DNA from: Candidatus Parcubacteria bacterium
GTDB lineage: Bacteria; Patescibacteriota; Saccharimonadia; Saccharimonadales; Saccharimonadaceae
Length of the DNA stretch: 64,000 nucleotides
NCBI GenBank assembly: GCA_023432445.1
Contig: JAEYUP010000001.1
Coordinates: 495,907-559,906 of the forward strand
Direction of reading: 5' to 3'
Shown one piece after another: positions 36,095 to 44,371 of the stretch (positions are counted from its first letter, which is position 1; the number at the start of each line of letters is the position of its first letter). A program made the translations under genes and the position numbers. The notes beneath the pieces were generated by a model that saw only the letters and a program-made list of their open reading frames with translations, had not been told where the DNA came from and made no database searches.

Positions 36095-36846
36095 TGCAAA
36101 AGCCAAAGACAGACTCTGAATTACAGGCTATGCGCGAGGGCGGCAAGATTCTCGCAGCTGTTCTTGCTGGCGTGCGCGAGCGAGCCAAGCCTGGTGTGAG
36201 CGAAAAAGAGATTGACGCCTGGGTGGCTGAGGAGATTGTGCGTCGTGGGGCTGAGGTCACTTACAAGACGCCAGAAGTTAATTTTCCGGCGGCTATTTGT
36301 ATATCGACAAATTCCCAATTAGTCCACAGTGTTCCGACTGATTACGTTTTTAAGGATGGCGATGTGGTTGGTTTTGATCTCGTGATTGGTTATAAGGGTA
36401 TGAAAACCGACAGTGCCTTCACGATGATAATTGGTGAGTCATCAAGCAAAGAAGCCGAAAGGCTATTAAAGACAACTGAACGGGCGCTTTATGCCGCAAT
36501 CGACGCTATTAAAGGCCCAGTTCACGTTGGCGACATCAGCGCAGCGGTCGAAAAGGTGCTTTCGGATGGAAAACTCGGTATAGTTCGCGAGCTGGTTGGC
36601 CACGGGATCGGTCACGAAATGCACGAGAAGCCAGAGATCCCAAACTACGGCAATAAAGGTGACGGTCCGCTTCTGACACCTGGTGACACTATTGCGATCG
36701 AACCAATGGCGACCCTGGGCAAAGAAAGGATAGTTGTCGACCCCGACGGCTGGACTATTTCGGCAGCCGACGGTAGTTTAGCGGCTCATTTTGAACACAC
36801 GGTTTTGATTACTGAAAACGGCGCCGAAATCCTGACTCAAGCCTAA
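36094..36846 (+). CDS. map: Methionine aminopeptidase, type I
   Basis: Metal-ligand pattern FDLVIGYKGMKTDSAFT, GHGIGHEMHEKPEIPNYG, IEPM, FEHTVLIT. Confidence 0.9.
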   Translation: MQKPKTDSELQAMREGGKILAAVLAGVRERAKPGVSEKEIDAWVAEEIVRRGAEVTYKTPEVNFPAAICISTNSQLVHSVPTDYVFKDGDVVGFDLVIGYKGMKTDSAFTMIIGESSSKEAERLLKTTERALYAAIDAIKGPVHVGDISAAVEKVLSDGKLGIVRELVGHGIGHEMHEKPEIPNYGNKGDGPLLTPGDTIAIEPMATLGKERIVVDPDGWTISAADGSLAAHFEHTVLITENGAEILTQA

Positions 36847-36885
36847 GCACTTCCCAACGACGAGCGTAAGCGTTATACTGTTGTT

Positions 36886-38115
36886 ATGCAAGAAGTGTCT
36901 CGCTATGCGGTAGGGCTTGATATCGGATCGACGAAAGTCCGAGCTGTGGTAGCTCATATCGATTCAACCACGGGTGTTCCGTCGATAGTTGGTTTGGGTG
37001 AAGCTGACAATACTGGTATGCGTAAGGGCGTCATCGTAAACCTTCAAGGTCCAGCCCAAGCAATCGACCAGGCGCTTGGCGACGCCGAGAGAATGAGCGG
37101 TTACCAGGTCAATGGAGCAACTATGAGCGTGAGTGGCGCTCACATTTTAACTACTCGAGCAGATGGAATGGTGGCGGTTGGTTCACCGGATCACGAAATT
37201 ACTCACGATGACCTGGCTCGCATCGACGAAGTCGCCACGATGGGGAAAGTACCGGCGAATCGCGACATTCTCGAAGTTATTCCGCATGCCTATAAACTCG
37301 ATGGTCAGGACAACATCAAAGACCCATTGGGTATGACTGGCATTCGGCTCGAGATGGACGCACACGTTGTATCGGCTCTGACGCCGTATCTTGTTAATGT
37401 GCAAAAGACGGCCGAGCTGGCCAAGGTGGAGCCACGGGCGATTATCGCGGCGCCTATTGCGGCTGGACGAGCAGTCTTAAACGAGAAGCAGCTTGAAAAT
37501 GGTGTAGCGGTTGTCGATCTTGGCGGCGCCACTACTAGCGTGGCGGTCTATGAAGAGGGCGATCTACAGTACGTTGGTATTATTCCGATTGGAGGCTCGC
37601 ATGTAACGAACGACCTCGCTATAGGACTCAAGACTGACCCTGAAATTGCCGAGAAGGTGAAGTGTGAGCACGCTTCGGCAACGGTTCGACGCGAACATTC
37701 CGGTGTAAGTATTAAACACGACGGCGAGATATTTAGCTTTACTAGTGCCGATATCGACGACATCGTTGAGGCGCGCCTGGAAGAGATTTTTGAGTCTGTA
37801 CAGCACGAGCTCAAGAAAGCTGGTTATGCCGGCAAGCTACCAAGCGGCGTGGTTTTGACCGGTGGTGGGGCGCAATTAAAGAATATTGCGGAATTTGTTA
37901 AAGATTTTCTTGGCTTAGCAGTTAAGGTTGGTAAGCCAGCTATAAATAGCGCCGTTGCCGACGGCATCGAGCCGTCATCGTTTGCGACGGCTATAGGTTT
38001 GATGCAAATAGACGCTGAAGGTGCTGGGCCGAAAGATGACGGTAAGCGCAAGAAGATATCGTCCAGGGGTGTGAAAGAAAAGGCTTCACGAGCGTTCTCG
38101 TGGCTGAAGCCATAA
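36886..38115 (+). CDS. ftsA: Cell division protein FtsA
   Basis: Actin-fold motifs VGLDIGSTKVRAVV, VVDLGGATTSVAV, VLTGGGAQL. Basic amphipathic C-terminus. Confidence 0.9.
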   Translation: MQEVSRYAVGLDIGSTKVRAVVAHIDSTTGVPSIVGLGEADNTGMRKGVIVNLQGPAQAIDQALGDAERMSGYQVNGATMSVSGAHILTTRADGMVAVGSPDHEITHDDLARIDEVATMGKVPANRDILEVIPHAYKLDGQDNIKDPLGMTGIRLEMDAHVVSALTPYLVNVQKTAELAKVEPRAIIAAPIAAGRAVLNEKQLENGVAVVDLGGATTSVAVYEEGDLQYVGIIPIGGSHVTNDLAIGLKTDPEIAEKVKCEHASATVRREHSGVSIKHDGEIFSFTSADIDDIVEARLEEIFESVQHELKKAGYAGKLPSGVVLTGGGAQLKNIAEFVKDFLGLAVKVGKPAINSAVADGIEPSSFATAIGLMQIDAEGAGPKDDGKRKKISSRGVKEKASRAFSWLKP

Positions 38116-38193
38116 CAAACTGAATCATATATTTGCTCACAGGCATAAAATGCTATACTAGTATGTAGATATAAAGACAGGGGAGAGACAGGC

Positions 38194-39387
38194 ATGCCTG
38201 AAGTAAAACCAAGTGACATCCAGACATTCGCGAGCATCAAGGTAGTTGGTGTTGGTGGGGCCGGCGGTTCAGCAGTTAATCGTATGAAAGAGGCCGGGTT
38301 AGCTGGTGTTCAGTTCATAGCTATGAATACGGACGCCCAGGCGCTTCACAACAGTAAGGCCGATATTAAGATTCACCTCGGCCACTCGACAACTGGTGGA
38401 CTTGGTGCGGGAGCCGACCCATCTAAGGGTGAGGCGGCAGCCTTGGAGTCCCGTGATGAGATCAAGTCGGCGCTTGAGGGTGCAGATATGGTGTTCGTTA
38501 CTATAGGCGCCGGTGGTGGCACCGGCTCGGGCGCCGGCTACGTGGTGGCTGAGGTTGCTCGTGAACTGGGCATCCTGGTGGTAGGTGTTGCGACTCGACC
38601 ATTTAGCTTTGAGGGTGAAAAACGACGCACTAACGCCGAGTGGGCTATCGGCCGACTACGTCGAAATGTCGATACTCTCATCACTATTCCGAACGACCGA
38701 TTGCTTCAAACTATCGATCGTCGAACTCCATTACTCGAAACCTTCAAGATCGCTGACGACGTGCTGCGACAGGGTGTTCAGGGTATTTCTGAGCTAATTA
38801 CCGAGCATGGTCTGATCAACCTGGACTTCGCTGACGTCAAAGCTATCATGAGCAACGCTGGTTCGGCCCTCATGGGCATCGGTCGCGCCAGCGGCGACAA
38901 CCGCGCCGCACAGGCTGCTCAACAGGCTATCGAATCACCACTTATCGAAGTGTCAATTGACGGCGCTCGAGGTGTTCTATTTAACGTCACTGGTGGTTAC
39001 GACATGAGTATGAGCGAGATCCAGGAGGCGGCCGAGATTATTACCAGTGCCGTTTCACCGGACGCGAACATCATCTTTGGTGCGACGCTCAAGCCTGAGA
39101 TGGAAGACGAACTCGTCATCACTGTTATTGCAACTGGCTTTGACACGGCGTACTTTACCGACGAGGAGTCAGAAGCGAACGACGCCGAGTCAACTGAAAG
39201 CGGCGAGGCGATTAACCAGAAAGTTCAAGACATCGATATGAATCTTGACCAGACCGAGTCGGCTAGTATTTTTGCCGAGGAAAACAACCAAAACATCTGG
39301 AACGAACCGGCCGAAGAGAGTGACGAGTCGGACACGCCAGCCTTCCTACGTCGCCGCAAAAAGCGCAACAAGAAAAACGAGGAGTAG
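38194..39387 (+). CDS. ftsZ: Cell division protein FtsZ
   Basis: VVGVGGAGGSAVNRM, GGGTGSGAG tubulin signature, NDRLL. C-terminal DTPAFLRRR peptide followed by a K/R-rich tail. Confidence 0.95.
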   Translation: MPEVKPSDIQTFASIKVVGVGGAGGSAVNRMKEAGLAGVQFIAMNTDAQALHNSKADIKIHLGHSTTGGLGAGADPSKGEAAALESRDEIKSALEGADMVFVTIGAGGGTGSGAGYVVAEVARELGILVVGVATRPFSFEGEKRRTNAEWAIGRLRRNVDTLITIPNDRLLQTIDRRTPLLETFKIADDVLRQGVQGISELITEHGLINLDFADVKAIMSNAGSALMGIGRASGDNRAAQAAQQAIESPLIEVSIDGARGVLFNVTGGYDMSMSEIQEAAEIITSAVSPDANIIFGATLKPEMEDELVITVIATGFDTAYFTDEESEANDAESTESGEAINQKVQDIDMNLDQTESASIFAEENNQNIWNEPAEESDESDTPAFLRRRKKRNKKNEE

Positions 39388-39390
39388 CCT

Positions 39391-39840
39391 GTGGCAAAAG
39401 TAAAAATTGGCGATAGTCGAGTTGTTGAGTCGCGCGAAGTTAGCGACGGAGTTACTATTCGTCGCCGCCGTGAAGCGCCGGACGGCACTCGCTTTACTAC
39501 TTACGAACGTATCGAAAAGCCAAACCTGGCTGTTGTTAAGAAAAATGGCGCCCGCGAACTTTATGACCGCGATAAACTGGCTACGGCTATTAAACGCTCG
39601 GTTGGAAAGTTCTTTAGTTCTGAAGTCGAAGTCGAAGAAATGATTGACGTCATCGAAGAGGCTCTGTACGACCTCGGCGAGAATGAGATTAGCTCAAAGC
39701 AGATCGGCGATATAGTTCTTGACCAACTGGCAGACCGCAACGAGGTAGCCTATGTACGTTTTGCGAGCGTTTACCGAGAGTTCAAGACCTTAAACGATTT
39801 CTTGAAAATTCTTGAAGAGCGAAAGAAAGCCCAGGAGTAG
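39391..39840 (+). CDS. nrdR: NrdR-like transcriptional repressor lacking the zinc-ribbon cysteines (ATP-cone intact)
   Basis: GTG start 3 nt after the ftsZ stop. DSRVVESR ... IRRRRE ... RFTTYE aligns to the NrdR N-terminus. ATP-cone: VVKKNGARELYDRDKL ... VAYVRFASVYREF. Confidence 0.75.
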   Translation: MAKVKIGDSRVVESREVSDGVTIRRRREAPDGTRFTTYERIEKPNLAVVKKNGARELYDRDKLATAIKRSVGKFFSSEVEVEEMIDVIEEALYDLGENEISSKQIGDIVLDQLADRNEVAYVRFASVYREFKTLNDFLKILEERKKAQE

Positions 39841-39844
39841 TCTA

Positions 39845-40105
39845 GTGAGGGTGGTTATTATATCGAAGGACCGGACGGATTACGCGCGGGACGTTGAGGT
39901 GTATCGAAATGATTTTAAGCGTGTAACTGGCCGCGAACTTGAGGTCTTGGACCCAGAATCCCGTGATGGCGTGAGCTTTTGCCGAGCCTACGACATTCTA
40001 GAATTTCCGACAGTCGTAGCCCTGAGTGATGATAGTCAGCTGCTGAACCAATGGCGGGGGATGCCGCTACCAACCATTAATGAACTTAGTTATTATTCAA
40101 GTTAG
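39845..40105 (+). CDS. Hypothetical small protein (thioredoxin-fold-like, no CxxC)
   Basis: AGGAG SD lies 7 nt before GTG 39845. 86 aa. Confidence 0.45.
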   Translation: MRVVIISKDRTDYARDVEVYRNDFKRVTGRELEVLDPESRDGVSFCRAYDILEFPTVVALSDDSQLLNQWRGMPLPTINELSYYSS

Positions 40106-40149
40106 CCAGATAGGGCTTTATGGCTGAGTAAAATGATGTATAATCAAAG

Positions 40150-40349
40150 TCAGAAACGTTTGAGTGGTTATCAGCCACGAGTTTTCGGAAGAAACCTGGT
40201 GCGCCAGCGAGTAGAACCGAACGCGATCGCCGCGTGAGAGCAATCAACGAAGTGCTGAAAAGAAAATCTTTTCGGAAATCGGATGGTACCACCCGCCTGA
40301 CGGGTTCCGATGGACGAAGGGATTTTATTATTTTAAAAAAGGAACAACT
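40150..40349 (+). promoter_or_regulatory. T-box leader upstream of ileS
   Basis: AAATCGGATGGTACCACCCG matches the T-box consensus AAnnnGGGTGGTACCGCG. It folds as helix A1 ATCGGA/TCCGAT (40278-83/40306-11), a 7-nt bulge TGGTACC (40284-90), and helix A2 ACCCG/CGGGT with loop CCTGA. AGTA (40210-13) and GAGAG (40236-40) elements and an ATC codon (40226-28) lie upstream. Confidence 0.6.
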
Positions 40350-43300
40350 GTGAAGTTTAAAGCCAACACCCGCCGCCGCGCACTAGAGTACGAGAAAGAC
40401 ATTGTCCAGCAGTGGAAGGCGAACAAAACGTTTGAGAAATCGATCGAGCAACGTTCGGTCGAGAACTCATACGTGTTTTACGATGGTCCGCCGTTTATTT
40501 CGGGTGTGCCACACCACGGGACGCTCCTCAGCTCGATTGTAAAAGACGCGGTGCCTCGTTACCAAACGATGAAGGGCAAGAGAGTTGAGCGTGTCTGGGG
40601 TTGGGACGCTCATGGTCTCCCCGCAGAGCGCTATACCGAAAAGAAACTGGGCATTAACTCTCGCCAGGAAGTGATCGAATACGGTATCGAAAAATATATT
40701 AACGCTACCCGTGAGAATATGCTTGAGACAAGTTCGCTTTGGGAAGAGACCGTCGACCGGGTTGGTCGTTGGGTCGATTTCAAGGGTGCTTACAAGACCA
40801 TGGATAAGGACTACATGGAAAGTATTTGGTGGGCGTTCAAGACATTGTACGAAAAGGGCAAGATCTACGAAGGCGAGAAGGTTCTTATGTACTGTACCCT
40901 CGACGCCACACCACTGTCGAAGGCGGAGGTTACCATGGACGCCGGCGCCTACCAGGATGTGACCGACCCGAGTGTGTATGTGAAGTTTAAGCTGAAACCG
41001 TCGCAGGATAGTCTCAAGTTTACACCTGAGCTTTCAGAGCTGGTCAAAAGTGGGCGGAAGACAGCAACCTTCCGACTAGGTGTAAAAAATCTTAAGGTCG
41101 GTGATATTGCCGAACTGTTAACTCGACACGAAGATCACGTAAGCCCGTTTGGGTATGCAAAGATAACAGACGTCAAGACGATGACTCTTGGAACGCTGCC
41201 GATCGATTATGCTGGGCACGAAAAGTATACCTCGAAAGAACAACAATTAGAGGTGTATCGTGGGTACTATGGCGATGGCGTGACGCTTGAATCAGAGTTC
41301 ACAATTTATGACTTTGAACTTATGAATGAAGTGGAGGAACAGCCTTTCCTCCTTGGCTGGACGACAACCCCTTGGACCCTACCTGCGAACACCGCGCTGG
41401 CGATTAACCCGACTCTTGATTATGTGAAGGTTGCCTATGAAGGTGAAGTATTCATTCTCGCAAAAGAACTTGTTGAAAATGTTTTCACCGACGAGAAGCA
41501 CCAGCCGTTGCCTTACGAAGTTATCGGTCCTGTTGACGGGGATTCAATCGTTGGCATTGCCTACGAGCCACTATTTGGTGATCGAGGTGAAAACGCTCAT
41601 AAGATCTGGGCCGCCGACTATGTCACGACTGAGTCCGGTACGGGCATCGTTCATATCGCGCCGGCCTACGGCGAGGAAGACTTTGCGCTGGCGAGCAAAG
41701 AAAAAATCCCGGTCGTGCACGTTCTCGACGAAAACGGTGAATTTACCGAAACCGAATGGCAGGGCCAGAACGTTTGGGAAATCAACAAAACGATTGCTAA
41801 GACACTGCACGAGCGTGGTGTCGTTTGGAAGATTGATTACATTCGTCACTCGTATCCGCACTGTCACCGTTGTGGTACGCGCTTGATGTACCGAGCGCAC
41901 CCGAGTTGGTTTATGGACATCGACAGCCAGCGCGACCAGATGCTGACGCAAAATGCCGACATCAATTGGTTCCCAGACCACGTTAAGAATGGTCGGTTTG
42001 CCAAGACGATCGAGCAGGCGCCAGACTGGAACATATCGCGTGATCGTTTTTGGGCGACGGCGATGCCAGTTTGGAAGTCTGAGAGCGGCAAGGTAAAGGT
42101 GGTGGGAAGCTACGCTGAGCTTAAAGATCTGAGTGGCGTCGAGCTTGAGGATTACCACCGACCATGGATCGACGATGTCACATTCGAGATTGATGGCGAG
42201 AAGTACACCCGAATCGACAAGGTGATGGATAGCTGGTTTGAGGCTGGTAGTATGCCGTTTGCGCAGTTCCACTATCCGTTTGAGAACAAAGAGAAATTTG
42301 AAGCCAATTTCCCCGGTGATTTCATTGTTGAGTACATCGGGCAGGTACGCGCCTGGTTTTACTACATGCATGCTATGAGTGTGGCGCTGTTCGGTGAAAA
42401 TTCATTCAAGAATGTTATCGTGACCGGAAACGTGGCGGGTAACGACGGTCGCAAGATGAGTAAAAGCTATGGGAACTATACCGACCCGAACGAGCTGATG
42501 GATAAATTTAGCGCCGACTCGCTCCGTTTTTTGCTTCTCTCCAGCCCTCTACTTTCCGGCGAAGACTTTGCTTTGCAAGACAAGGAAGTTGGAGACGTTG
42601 CGCGCAAGCTCAGCATGATTTGGAATATGTACGACTTCTTTACGATGTACGCCGAAGTTGATGGCTGGGAGTACGACCCAGAAAGCGCTGCGGAGATAAG
42701 CCTAGATGAACTCGACAACCCATTAGACAAGTGGATTGTCTCCAGGCTACATCAGCTAAACGAGCACATTACAACCTACATGGATGGATATAATATCCCC
42801 GATGCAATGTCCGAGATATTGCCGTTCATCGACGATGCCAGTAACTGGTATGTGCGCCGTAGTCGCCGACGTTTCTGGAAGAGCGGCGATGATAACGATA
42901 AGGTTGACGCTTATAAGGTGCTGCATTGTGTACTGATGAAACTGGCTATTATATTGGCGCCGTTTACACCATTTTTGGCGGAAGAGCTGTACTTGAAGTT
43001 GACGGGCAATGACGACTCAGTGCACCTACTCGATTGGCCGGCGGACTACTCGAAAGACGAAGCAACGCTTGATTATATGAAGGCAGCTCGGAAGATAATC
43101 GAGATTGGTCTAATGCAGCGCATGGAGCGCGATGACGAGTTCGGACAGATAAAGGTTCGCCAGCCTTTGGCGGAATTAACTTATGGTGGAGTCGAACTGC
43201 CGGACTTCTATGAGCAGATGATCGCCGACGAGGTTAATGTCAAAAAGGTGTCGCGTGGGTTTGTCACGGACGAAGGCGGCGAGAGTTTGGTCGACGAATG

Positions 43301-43604
43301 GCAAAACAACGGAGCGGTCTATGTGGCGCTAGACAAAAAAATCACTCCAGAGCTACATCGCGAAGGCTTGTCGCGCGAAGTTATTCGTCACGTTCAGGCG
43401 GCCCGCAAAGAAGCCGGCTTAAACGTTGACGATAGAATCACGCTGTCGCTCTCTAGCTCAGACGAAACAGTAAGCTCCGCCGTGCAGGAGCACGCCGAGG
43501 CTATCTACCACGAAACACTAGCCACTGTCGGAGAGGCAAGTGCTTACACTACAGAGGTCACCGTGGAAGGTGCAGTGCTGACAATATCTCTTGAGAAAAA
43601 ATAA
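40350..43604 (+). CDS. ileS: Isoleucyl-tRNA synthetase, type 2, with about 115-aa ASCH-like insertion
   Basis: GTG start. PHHGT (HIGH variant), [17 protein letters not shown] editing motif, [16 protein letters not shown], KMSKS. Confidence 0.95.
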   Translation: [1084 protein letters not shown]

Positions 43605-43615
43605 AAACCAATTGA

Positions 43616-43660
43616 AAGGCCGCCCGTTCCCTCGCTTGCAGCAAGGTACTAGGGCGGCTT
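43616..43660. terminator. Hairpin between convergent ileS and the membrane-protein gene
   Basis: AAG(G)CCGCCC ... GGGCGGCTT long hairpin. The flanking T-tracts are weak. Confidence 0.45.
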
Positions 43661-43661
43661 A

Positions 43662-44228
43662 TCACTTCCAAATCGGCTTGTAGTTGGTGGGATGCTGACG
43701 TTTGTTGGGTACCTGCTTCTGGATGACGTCATAGATAACGCCGTATACCCAAAAACCAAGACCACTGATCATCAACAAAACTAGCGGATAGTTCTCTTGG
43801 CTGAAAAAACCGCCAAAGAGCGACGGAACAAACAAGTAGCATACTGCCGCCGTGAAGCCAAAGAACATTACGAAGTCGTGCCAGCGTTTACTGGGGGACT
43901 TCCATGCCTGGGGCGTGTAGTCGCTAGGGCTATACATAACCCGTCGACCGATGTAGAAGACCAAAACCCCAGCCAGAAGTGATGCCAAAATCCACCACCA
44001 GTTCGACGCCCATGCGGGACGAGAAACTTCGGCTAAGATCACGACCGTAACAGCCAGCGATAAGCCGAAACCTCCCGGAAGAAAGGCCCTTGACTGGTCG
44101 CGCCACACTGGAACATCCCTTGGTCCGTTACCTGGCTTGCGAGACTCGAAGAGCCACGCCACTAGGTACATAGCGTAGGGGACGGCTGCAATACCGGCCC
44201 AGACTAACAAGAATAGCAGGAAACTCAC
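43662..44228 (-). CDS. Hypothetical multi-pass membrane protein
   Basis: GTG start preceded by GGAGGCGGAGG SD. Five hydrophobic segments, Trp-rich. Confidence 0.55.
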   Translation of the reverse strand: MSFLLFLLVWAGIAAVPYAMYLVAWLFESRKPGNGPRDVPVWRDQSRAFLPGGFGLSLAVTVVILAEVSRPAWASNWWWILASLLAGVLVFYIGRRVMYSPSDYTPQAWKSPSKRWHDFVMFFGFTAAVCYLFVPSLFGGFFSQENYPLVLLMISGLGFWVYGVIYDVIQKQVPNKRQHPTNYKPIWK

Positions 44229-44371
44229 GCCTCCGCCTCCATTCGCATTTAAAGGATCTCATTGGAAATGTATGCATATTATACCAATTTTAGTATGAAA
44301 AAGCAATTGACCGTAGGATGTTTTTGTGATTATATTGAAGGCAGTTATTGAAAAAACAAACCAACACAAGT

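Noticed and set aside
40264-40331. Extended helix of about 20 bp around the T-box core followed by ATTATTTT, read as an intrinsic terminator
   Set aside because: It is an outward extension of antiterminator helix A1 rather than a competing structure. The trailing tract is interrupted and AT-rich. I kept it as a note within the T-box finding and not as a terminator call.
41571-42371. 266-aa ORF antisense to ileS, plus the 151-aa same-strand out-of-frame ORF at 41431-41886
   Set aside because: Both lie inside the conserved ileS catalytic core. Their composition is Arg/Ser/Thr-rich and atypical, and they have no regulatory signals.
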